A program made the translations under genes and the position numbers. Below the pieces are notes generated by a model. The model did not search any database. It was not told where the DNA came from and saw only the letters and a list, made by a program, of their open reading frames with translations. Of a stretch of DNA of 64,000 nucleotides, positions 55,254 through 62,983 are shown piece by piece. The stretch is from Myxococcales bacterium (GTDB lineage Bacteria > Myxococcota > UBA727 > GCA-2721815). The stretch spans positions 2,571 through 66,570 of the forward strand of contig PBLQ01000043.1 in the NCBI GenBank assembly GCA_002721815.1, in the 5' to 3' direction. Within the stretch, counting starts at the first letter, position 1; every line of letters begins with the position of its first letter.

Positions 55254-56186
55254 TCAGCCCTCGTGGCGTTCGAGAGAAATGTGCAGGCTGGCATCATTGC
55301 CTTGTTTGGCGATGCTCGCTTGACCGCCCACTGGAAAAACGTGATTGGGGTTCTGGTGGCCACAAGGGATATCGCCAAAAACGGGGATGTCTAAATCTGA
55401 AAAGTGTTGGGCGATGGTTTCTTGAGCGGTTGGAACGTGTCCCAGCTTTTTTTGACCTTGTTCTGATTCTTCGCACCCCGTGAAATGGCCCAGTAATACA
55501 GCCCGGACTTTTTGGAATGCACCTGCCTGGGTCATTTGGGTTAAAATGCGATCGAGGCGATAAGGCCGTTCGCCCACTTCTTCCAAGAACAGGATGCTTG
55601 GCTTTTGCCATAAGCATTGGGTTCCCACGAGGTGTCCTAAGACTGTAAGATTACCCCCCCACAAGGTTCCGCGTAATTCACCATCTGAAAACCCATCATT
55701 CAGTGGTTTGAGATTGAGGTAGGCCATTTCAGTACAATCGCCCGTGAGCCAATCCAGAGTGGCATCAATATCGACGTCATCTTCGTCTGCGAGGGTGGTG
55801 GCCAAAGGGCCGTGAAAAGTAACGGTGTTTTTTTGACTGAGAAACCAGGTGTTCAAGGCACTGACATCTGAAAACCCGATAATTTTTGGACAGCGTTCTA
55901 AATCTTTAAAGGCGTCATCAAACAAAGGCAGCAGACGGGTGAGCCCGTATCCGCCACGAGCGATCCAGACCACATCGTTATGAGGGTTTAAAATGGCATC
56001 ACGTAACTGATTGAGGCGGAACGTGTCATCTCCATTGAGGTACCCGTGATTCCAATCAGTGGGAAGGTTCGGCAGAACCACTTCATGGCCGCGGCTTTGG
56101 AGGGCGCTTACGCCTCTGTGTAACCGTTCAGGCAGGTACGGTGAGCAAGGTGCCACCACCTGAATTTTAAGACTTTTAGCTGCCAT
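55254..56186 (-). CDS. ldcA: LD-carboxypeptidase (peptidase S66)
   Basis: GFSDVSAL (Ser nucleophile), LEEVGERPYRLDR (Glu), IPCGH (His). 310 aa. Confidence 0.88.
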   Translation of the reverse strand: MAAKSLKIQVVAPCSPYLPERLHRGVSALQSRGHEVVLPNLPTDWNHGYLNGDDTFRLNQLRDAILNPHNDVVWIARGGYGLTRLLPLFDDAFKDLERCPKIIGFSDVSALNTWFLSQKNTVTFHGPLATTLADEDDVDIDATLDWLTGDCTEMAYLNLKPLNDGFSDGELRGTLWGGNLTVLGHLVGTQCLWQKPSILFLEEVGERPYRLDRILTQMTQAGAFQKVRAVLLGHFTGCEESEQGQKKLGHVPTAQETIAQHFSDLDIPVFGDIPCGHQNPNHVFPVGGQASIAKQGNDASLHISLERHEG

Positions 56187-56239
56187 GCCTCATTTCTAAC
56201 GAAAATGGGCGGGTCAGCGCAAACAATTGCCCCTTGGGA

Positions 56240-56419
56240 CTAGGATGCTTTTTTCAAATCCACATGTTTGACATTGGCGGAACGCTGAAGGGCTTCCATG
56301 AGCATCTGAGATGCCACACGCTGGGCCAATCTTTTGTCTCCAAGCTCTGCCAAAGCTTCTTCATATAGGGCTGCTGCTAACTCACCTAAAGTGGTGTTGA
56401 CTTTTTGCTTCTCTTTCAT
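56240..56419 (-). CDS. Small helical protein, 59 aa, unknown function
   Basis: ATG 56419 is preceded by AGGAG (8-nt spacing) and a consensus sigma54 promoter. MKEKQKVNTTLGELAAALYEEALAELGDKRLAQRVASQMLMEALQRSANVKHVDLKKAS. The ORF extension to 56554 was rejected. Confidence 0.55.
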   Translation of the reverse strand: MKEKQKVNTTLGELAAALYEEALAELGDKRLAQRVASQMLMEALQRSANVKHVDLKKAS

Positions 56420-56454
56420 TGCCGACTCCTTTTTCGAGGGTTCGCTATTTAAGA

Positions 56455-56470
56455 AGCAAGAGCGGTGCCA
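56455..56470 (-). promoter_or_regulatory. Sigma54 (-24/-12) promoter
   Basis: The minus strand reads T-TGGCAC-CGCTC-TTGCT-T, a full match to TGGCAC-N5-TTGCW. It lies 35 nt upstream of the ATG at 56419, with AGGAG in between. Confidence 0.65.
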
Positions 56471-56675
56471 ACTTATTCCAAGGAAAAGCAGAATTTGTAA
56501 GGTGCTGTAATACAAACGCTTTTTATGGGGTGGGAAAATGCGAATTTCGGCCACTGCCAGATTTTCGACACCTTATGTCCCATATTGGGTCAGATACGTG
56601 GCGCTTTTGTCGCGACCTGCGATCTGCAGTCTCATGATCGTCAGGCCGCCCAAAAACCTTAATGGTTCTTTTGGT

Positions 56676-57575
56676 TTATTTTTTCAAAATAGATTGAACG
56701 TGCCGGGCCAAGCGCATGCCCGCTTGAGGGTCGTGTCGCATGAACAGAGATGGTTCGATGAGTTCCAGCTCGCCCACCACATATTGGCCGTCAGAGGCCT
56801 TCATCAGATCCACGCGCGCGTAATGAAAAAACGGGACTTCTCCAAAACGTTTCTGAATGCAGGATTTGGCCGTTTCCAAAATGGTTTCACTGAGTTGGTG
56901 AAGTTCTTCCGGTGCTTCCACCGGAAAATCTTTCGCATCAAAGTCATCTTGAACCCGGTAATCGCCTGGAACGGGGATTTTCTGAACCGCATGTGAGAAT
57001 TCACCACCCATGTACAAGAGCGAAATTTCACCCTCGGTTTCAACGGATTTGAGGTAGGGCTGAATCATCATGTCTTCATTGGCAAGCCATTGGTCCAGGT
57101 GGACTTGTGCTTCGTCCACAGTGGAGAGACCATCTCCAAAACGACAGGTACCACGGGCGGTGGCCCCAAAGACGGGCTTGATAAAACCTTGGGTCCAGTC
57201 ATTCTTTTGAAGAACCTGTTTCACATTGACGGCATCCCCTTTTTGCAACCAAATGGTAGGGGCCAGAGGGGCGCCTGCTTCGTGTAAATCTCGCAAGTAG
57301 GTTTTTTTGGCGTTCCAGGTCACCACTGAAGGGCCATTGAGCAAAGGCACCCGTTTGGCGGTGTCTTGGGCCCACTTCATGTAGGCTTCTGGTTTTTCTT
57401 GGTAATCCCAAGTGGTTCGGATCAATACCGCCTTGGTATCCTCATTGAGAAAAGAGGGCTCGTCCCAGGCTTTAATTTCGAAGGGAATGCCCAGTTCTTC
57501 GAGCGCAGCGTGAAAGGGGCGGTCATCTTTTTCCCAATGCGGGACATTTTGACAGGTGGCAATGATGAGAGACAT
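56676..57575 (-). CDS. ATP-grasp family ligase (RimK/GshB-like)
   Basis: 299 aa. Pre-ATP-grasp N-terminus (LIIATCQNVP...), central KPVFGATARG, C-terminal ARVDLM...YVVGELELIEPSL typical of the ATP-grasp Mg/ATP site. The start is 5 nt after the ELWxxDGT gene stop. Confidence 0.75.
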   Translation of the reverse strand: MSLIIATCQNVPHWEKDDRPFHAALEELGIPFEIKAWDEPSFLNEDTKAVLIRTTWDYQEKPEAYMKWAQDTAKRVPLLNGPSVVTWNAKKTYLRDLHEAGAPLAPTIWLQKGDAVNVKQVLQKNDWTQGFIKPVFGATARGTCRFGDGLSTVDEAQVHLDQWLANEDMMIQPYLKSVETEGEISLLYMGGEFSHAVQKIPVPGDYRVQDDFDAKDFPVEAPEELHQLSETILETAKSCIQKRFGEVPFFHYARVDLMKASDGQYVVGELELIEPSLFMRHDPQAGMRLARHVQSILKK

Positions 57576-57580
57576 GGTGA

Positions 57581-60500
57581 TTACTCCGTGAAATTATAAC
57601 GCCAAATTTCGAACCCAGCGTCCTTATGGAACGCCTTAAAAAACAAATAGTCCCCCATGTTCACCATGCTGATGGGGTAGCTGCTAGAGAGTCCAGGAAA
57701 CAAGTCTGCAAACAAATAGGTACCCTGCTCGGTTCCATCGGTGCGCCAAAGCTCGATGCCTTCATCACTGGAGGCCGCCGCAAAATAGTAAAAGCCATCC
57801 CTGCCTTTCACAAAGGATCTTTCGCCCCAGGTATCTGCCATCAACATCCCGCTGCCTGCGCCTGGTTGAATGTCTTTGACCAGCTCGTGGGTCAAAGCGT
57901 CCATGTCCAGGACATATAACTCTCGCCCCAGCTCCGCGGACGTGGCAGCAAAATACAATTTTTCATTTTCGATAGCCACAGGCCATGGAATGGCGTCCTC
58001 AGGGCCAGCGTGGATGTCCGATAGCATATAAGTTGTTGCTTCGGTGCCTTCGCTCACCCATAACTCGAAGCCGGTCTCTTCTGTTGAAGTAGAAAAGAAT
58101 AGGGTGTCACCGTAGGTGGCGATAACATAGGGCTCTGCGCCGGTGTCATTCACATCGGTTAAGCGGTTTAGCTCGGTGCCGTTAAAGCACCACAGTTCTC
58201 GATCGTGGTCTGCCGTCCGTGCTCCAAAATACATATAATTGGAGGTGGGGGTGAGCGCATATGGGTACGAGCTGGAATAACCTTCATTGATATCGCGCAA
58301 CAGTTGGGTTCCCGCTTGTGTGCCATCGCTTTCCCACAGCTCGTACCCGATGTCTTCTCCTCGGGCACTGAAGTAGAGTTTTCCTTGAAAGCTGGCCAGG
58401 TTTCTGGGGTAAGAACTTTGCGCGGAATCACCCGAGGACGCACCAGGATAGATGTCTTTCACTCGAGAGGTACCTTGGAAGGTTCCATTGGTTTTCCATA
58501 ATTCTTTACCTTCATCGTCATTACCAGAGAAGAAAACGTATCCTTCGTGGACGTGCCCATAAGCCAGCCAGGAGCTCTCCTCATTGCCAGGGAAAATCTC
58601 GGCCACTTGGGTGGTGCCATCTGCAGTGCCGTCGGTTTTCCAGAGTTCACGACCACTCACCTCATCATAGGCAGAGAAAATAAGCGTGTCATCGATGATA
58701 CCCATATACCAAGGGAAAGAGCTGCCCCCACCAGTGTTAATGTCTTTCAGACGGAAAGTGCCTTCGGAGGTGCCATTGCTGACGAATAACTCTTCACCAA
58801 GATTGTCGCCCTCTGCCGTGAAGAGGATCAGATCACCGAGCTGGATTGATTTTGCGGGTGGTAGGTTTGAGTTGGAGGCGAGGTTGATATCAGCGGTGAG
58901 GACCGTGCCCTCAGGCGTTCCGTCGGTTTGGAATACCTCAAACCCGGTTTCCCCGTTGTCACCCATGAAATAGATGAGCCCGTCGTATTGCGCCCAGTTT
59001 TGGGTGTATACGTAAGATCGGGTTGTTACACTTGAGAGGTTGGTGGTGAGCTCGGTGGTGCCCTGGCTTTGATAAATGGAGTATTTGCCTTCTTCATTTG
59101 CTTTTGCGTTGAACACCACGCGGTCGCCCAAAGCCATCATGGTATATTCAAAATCTTCGGTTTCGACGATGTCAGGGTGATCCGTATAAACTTGAACGGT
59201 CCCTGCAGGGGTGCCATCGCTTTGCCACAAATGAAAAACATAGTCTGTATCGCGCGCGAAGAAATAGATGTGGTCTTCTGTGGCCACCAGGGCATCAGGC
59301 CTGCTGTCTCGGTAGCCTTCCGAAATGTCATGGAGCAAGACGGTTTCAAGGGTTTCGGTGTCGGTGCAGTGAACTTCTTCACCGTGGTCGTCATCTTCGG
59401 CGGAATAACAAACCAGAGAATCCAACGTCACAAAGTCTACCGGGTAGGAGGATCCATTTGCGCGCACGTTGCTCAGCATTTGAATGGTCTCTCCATCAAA
59501 CCAGTGGGGCTCATAGCCCGCCGTTTCGCTTCGGGCTTGAAAAAAGAGGCCCAAAGGGGTCGCGGTCAGCGATGAGATCGAACCGTTTTCGCCTTCGTAA
59601 ATCTCATCGAGCATTTCGGTGCCATCTTCAGTACCGTCCGTACGCCATAACTCTTCGCCGGTGGCGGCTGTTTCAGCAATAAAGTACACGGCGTCTTCGT
59701 ACGGGGTGAGGCTTTCAATATCGGTGGGCCGAATGGAGGTGCTAGTGTTGCCAAAAACGGGCTGTGTGCCCATGGCGGTGCCGTCCGAAACCCACAGGCC
59801 ATAACCGAAAGTGGCATCGTATCCGGTGAAGACAATTTGAGGCTGTGCTTGTGGGGGAACGAGGGGGAGAACCACGCCCGCATCTCCGAAGCAGACTTTG
59901 GAGTTGCTGTTACAGTCTGCATTGAAAGATTGAACCGATAAGGTCCCTTCGGGGGTCCCATCGGTTTTCCACAAGGTGCCCGTCTCGTAAAGCTCGGTGA
60001 ATAAGTACAAATGCTCGTCGGTATTTAAATTCGCACCGAAACGAATGGAACCATAATCGTAGGGTTCGCTGGTCCCAAGATTCACTAAAAGTGTCGTTTT
60101 GCCGGTGTCCGCATCCACCGAAAAGAGCTGCACTTGGTAAGAGCTGGCTGAAGCCAATACGATCAAAAGATTGTTGATTTTGCCAATGACAAACCCATCA
60201 CTGGAGGAGGTTGCCACCGTATTGATGTCTTTGAGTAAAAAAGGTTGTTCCTGACAAGCATCACTGCAGTGGCCATCACCATTGTCGCTGCCTTCGTCGC
60301 ACTGTTCATTGTGGTCGACGACCCCATCGCCGCAAGAAATAGACACGCAATCATCGCGGCAGTCCGAGGAGGGCAGCCCATTGGCCTCGCCATCATCACA
60401 TGCCTCTTCTGCTGGATCAACGACGTTGTCGCCGCAAAATGATGTGATGCCAGCAACGCTTTGACACGCGCTGTTGCACACATCGCAGCTTTCTTCACCA

Positions 60501-61060
60501 TAGGCGCAGAGTTCGGTGATTGCATTGCCATCGTCACATGTTTCTCCGGTGCTCATAATGCCGTCGCCACACACAGGGGAGGTACAATCGTTTTTACACG
60601 TATCATCGTTGATGTTGTTGCCATCGTCGCATTCTTCACCATCGTCTAGGGTGCCATTGCCACAGGTTTTCGGTTGGCATACGTTATTACAGTCATCGTT
60701 ATCGATTCGATTGCCGTCATCGCAGACTTCACCGTTATCTGCATCGGTGATGCCGTCGCCACAAAAAGAAGTGGTGCCCGTGGTGATGCGGCAGGTGCCA
60801 TCACAGACCTCGCAGGCGGTTTCTCCGTAGGCGCAGACTTCTGTGCTGGTGTTGCCATCGTCACAGGTTTCGCCTTCTTCAACGAGGCCATTGCCACATG
60901 CGGGCAAGTCTTCTTCACAAGGCGCTTCTGCGGTGCATTCGGGCTCTTGCGCAGGTTGTTGGGTTCTTTCTGGAAGTTTACAACCAGCGTTCACCATGAG
61001 TAAAAAGAAAGTTGCCAGGAGGCAATGGAGGCGGAATGAAAAAACAGATGTGATACGCAT
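57581..61060 (-). CDS. Lipoprotein with Myxococcus-type cysteine-rich repeats and ~15 ELWxxDGT repeats
   Basis: Start taken at ATG 61060 (MRITSVFSFRLHCLLATFFLLMVNAGC, lipobox). 5-6 x CG[ND]G...GE.CDDGN...C..C units (nt ~60205-60900). Then repeated ELWKTDGT..GT / ELWRTDGT / ELWESDGT motifs. The ORF extension to 61327 overlaps trhO and was rejected. Confidence 0.85.
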   Translation of the reverse strand: MRITSVFSFRLHCLLATFFLLMVNAGCKLPERTQQPAQEPECTAEAPCEEDLPACGNGLVEEGETCDDGNTSTEVCAYGETACEVCDGTCRITTGTTSFCGDGITDADNGEVCDDGNRIDNDDCNNVCQPKTCGNGTLDDGEECDDGNNINDDTCKNDCTSPVCGDGIMSTGETCDDGNAITELCAYGEESCDVCNSACQSVAGITSFCGDNVVDPAEEACDDGEANGLPSSDCRDDCVSISCGDGVVDHNEQCDEGSDNGDGHCSDACQEQPFLLKDINTVATSSSDGFVIGKINNLLIVLASASSYQVQLFSVDADTGKTTLLVNLGTSEPYDYGSIRFGANLNTDEHLYLFTELYETGTLWKTDGTPEGTLSVQSFNADCNSNSKVCFGDAGVVLPLVPPQAQPQIVFTGYDATFGYGLWVSDGTAMGTQPVFGNTSTSIRPTDIESLTPYEDAVYFIAETAATGEELWRTDGTEDGTEMLDEIYEGENGSISSLTATPLGLFFQARSETAGYEPHWFDGETIQMLSNVRANGSSYPVDFVTLDSLVCYSAEDDDHGEEVHCTDTETLETVLLHDISEGYRDSRPDALVATEDHIYFFARDTDYVFHLWQSDGTPAGTVQVYTDHPDIVETEDFEYTMMALGDRVVFNAKANEEGKYSIYQSQGTTELTTNLSSVTTRSYVYTQNWAQYDGLIYFMGDNGETGFEVFQTDGTPEGTVLTADINLASNSNLPPAKSIQLGDLILFTAEGDNLGEELFVSNGTSEGTFRLKDINTGGGSSFPWYMGIIDDTLIFSAYDEVSGRELWKTDGTADGTTQVAEIFPGNEESSWLAYGHVHEGYVFFSGNDDEGKELWKTNGTFQGTSRVKDIYPGASSGDSAQSSYPRNLASFQGKLYFSARGEDIGYELWESDGTQAGTQLLRDINEGYSSSYPYALTPTSNYMYFGARTADHDRELWCFNGTELNRLTDVNDTGAEPYVIATYGDTLFFSTSTEETGFELWVSEGTEATTYMLSDIHAGPEDAIPWPVAIENEKLYFAATSAELGRELYVLDMDALTHELVKDIQPGAGSGMLMADTWGERSFVKGRDGFYYFAAASSDEGIELWRTDGTEQGTYLFADLFPGLSSSYPISMVNMGDYLFFKAFHKDAGFEIWRYNFTE

Positions 61061-61061
61061 A

Positions 61062-62015
61062 TTATATACTGGATGAGGAGGGGTTAGGAGTGGAACCGAT
61101 GTGTTGCGTGCCGCGTTCTTTGGCCAGTCGCATTTGCCTTTGTCGCATACGAAAACGCGCCTTTTGTTCATCGGTAAGTGTATCGGTACAATGGGGGCAA
61201 CAGACCCCTTCTTCAAAATGAGGGTGTGCTTTGTCGTCTGCGTTAATGGGACAACGACATCCATAGCACAGGTCGTACGAACCTTCCTTGAGACCATGTT
61301 TAATGGCGACGCGTTGGTCGAACACAAAGCATTCGCCGTCCCAAAGGCTGTCTTGCTCTGGAATGTCTTCGAGGTATTTCAGAATACCACCCTTGAGATG
61401 GAATACATTTTCGAACCCTTCCTGCAAAAGATAGGATGTGGCTTTTTCGCAGCGAATTCCACCCGTGCAAAACATAGCGACTTTCTTATCCTTGTTCGGT
61501 TGCAGGTTATTTTTGACCCATTCCGGAAATTCCCGAAAAGATTCTGTATTCGGATTGATGGCGCCCTCAAAAGTACCAATGGCCACTTCATAATCGTTTC
61601 GGGTATCCACGAGCACCACATCTGGATCTTGAATCAGGTCGTTCCATTCATTGGGTGTGACGTACGCCCCCACTTTTTTCAGGGGGTCGATGTTGGGTTG
61701 GCCCATGGTCACGATTTCATCTTTGATGCGTACTTTGAGTCGTAAAAATGGCATTTCTGCGGCTTGGGAGAGTTTGTATTCTAGCCCTTGGAAGGCATCA
61801 AAGGATTCGAGGAAAGCCAAAAGTCCTTGAATGGCCTCTGGCGTACCAGCCACGGTGCCATTAATGCCCTCTCGGGCCAGCAGCAGTGTGCCTTTGATTT
61901 GCAGGGATTCGGCTTTTTGGGAGATAGCCACCTGCTTTTGCGACACATCATCCAGCACGCAAAAGTGGTACAATGCCACGACTTGGTAAAACTTGGGGGC
62001 CATCTCACTGCTCAT
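61062..62015 (-). CDS. trhO: tRNA uridine(34) hydroxylase TrhO (rhodanese-domain, YceA/UPF0176)
   Basis: ALYHF...GTLLLAREGINGTVAG, rhodanese loop FCTGGIRCEKA, C-terminal CYGCRCPI...CPHC. Start taken at ATG 62015 (alternative 62003). Confidence 0.85.
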   Translation of the reverse strand: MSSEMAPKFYQVVALYHFCVLDDVSQKQVAISQKAESLQIKGTLLLAREGINGTVAGTPEAIQGLLAFLESFDAFQGLEYKLSQAAEMPFLRLKVRIKDEIVTMGQPNIDPLKKVGAYVTPNEWNDLIQDPDVVLVDTRNDYEVAIGTFEGAINPNTESFREFPEWVKNNLQPNKDKKVAMFCTGGIRCEKATSYLLQEGFENVFHLKGGILKYLEDIPEQDSLWDGECFVFDQRVAIKHGLKEGSYDLCYGCRCPINADDKAHPHFEEGVCCPHCTDTLTDEQKARFRMRQRQMRLAKERGTQHIGSTPNPSSSSI

Positions 62016-62021
62016 AGAATG

Positions 62022-62049
62022 ATTGTAGCGCAAATCAGCGCCTGCACAA
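62022..62049 (-). promoter_or_regulatory. Candidate sigma70-type promoter for trhO (possibly leaderless)
   Basis: The minus strand reads TTGTGC-16 nt-TACAAT. The -10 ends 6 nt before the ATG at 62015. Confidence 0.35.
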
Positions 62050-62106
62050 GGGGGCGTCTTTTTTCTAAGCTGTTGAAATATAGCAGTTTTTTGATACGGC
62101 GATCGT

Positions 62107-62973
62107 TCAACGAGCAGGCAGATACTCACATGCGGTGACTTGGCCCAATGCTTGTAGAAAGGCCTGTGGCATTTCTTCGGGTGGGGAATGTCCCGTGCCG
62201 GCCAACACCGTGTAGCTTTTGGCCTTGGTGGCTTTGCGCATGGCCTCACCGCAACGCGCGGGTGGGAAAATGCCATCTTCTTCGCCCCAAATGAGATGTG
62301 TTTCTACATCGATCTTTTGGAGGTCTTGTTCATGTGCTTGAACGTGATCGGGGTGTACCGTGTTTTGCAAGGTGGCGTAAGCACTGGCTTTGCCTTCTGG
62401 GGTGGATAAGGGGCGCCACATGTCATCCACCAATGCTTCAGTGCACGCTTCTTTGCGATAAAAAACGTCACCCAAGAGGTATTGTTTGAGCATGAAACGG
62501 TTGTAGGCCTTCATAAAGATGGCTTTCCCTAAAATGGGGTTCATGACAATTTTACCCAAAAAGGGTGGTGGAATATTCACGCCCATGGCGTCGAGCAAAA
62601 TGAGTTTTTCGATGCGATCTTTTTGCATGAGCGTCATTTGGGTGACCACGGCGCCGCCCATGCTGTGCCCGAGTAAATGGATTTTTTCGGTGATGTTTAA
62701 TTCGTCCAACAATCCCCAAACGTGGGTTGCAAAAAAAGCGCGGTTGTATTGCGCTTGTGAGGGACTGGTTTTATCACTGTCTCCAAACCCCGGGAGATCC
62801 ATGGCGATGACCCGATGGTGCTTTTCAAGGGCGGCAAAGACGTCGCGAAAAACAAAGGCGCTGGCCAAGTAACCGTGAACCAAAACCAACGTGGAGTCAG
62901 GACGGTCGCCTTCAGGGTGGCTGTCCACGTATGCCATGTTGATCCCATTCACGTTAATGTTACTTTTTTTCAT
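62107..62973 (-). CDS. Alpha/beta-fold hydrolase
   Basis: LVLVHGY..., nucleophile elbow LLGHSMGG, C-terminal GHSPPEE. Start taken at ATG 62973 (MKKSNINVNG), 10 nt after the elp3 stop. Confidence 0.85.
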   Translation of the reverse strand: MKKSNINVNGINMAYVDSHPEGDRPDSTLVLVHGYLASAFVFRDVFAALEKHHRVIAMDLPGFGDSDKTSPSQAQYNRAFFATHVWGLLDELNITEKIHLLGHSMGGAVVTQMTLMQKDRIEKLILLDAMGVNIPPPFLGKIVMNPILGKAIFMKAYNRFMLKQYLLGDVFYRKEACTEALVDDMWRPLSTPEGKASAYATLQNTVHPDHVQAHEQDLQKIDVETHLIWGEEDGIFPPARCGEAMRKATKAKSYTVLAGTGHSPPEEMPQAFLQALGQVTACEYLPAR

Positions 62974-62983
62974 GCGATCCCCT

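Noticed and set aside
56240-56419. The 59-aa ORF as a graspetide/microviridin-type RiPP precursor for the adjacent ATP-grasp enzyme.
   Set aside because: The sequence is an uninterrupted helical Ala/Leu/Glu/Lys-rich peptide, without the Thr/Ser-x-Asp/Glu core repeats of known ATP-grasp RiPP precursors. It also has its own sigma54 promoter. The idea is retained only as a low-probability alternative in the module finding.
61061-61327. 5' extensions of several ORFs in the supplied track (57581..61327, 61062..62276, 62107..63021, 26367..27797, 48238..50988, 8677..9459, 56240..56554, 7859..8650).
   Set aside because: The extensions overlap the upstream gene or a divergent gene. In every case an internal ATG immediately precedes a signal peptide, lipobox or conserved family N-terminus, often with an RBS or an ATGA-type coupling.
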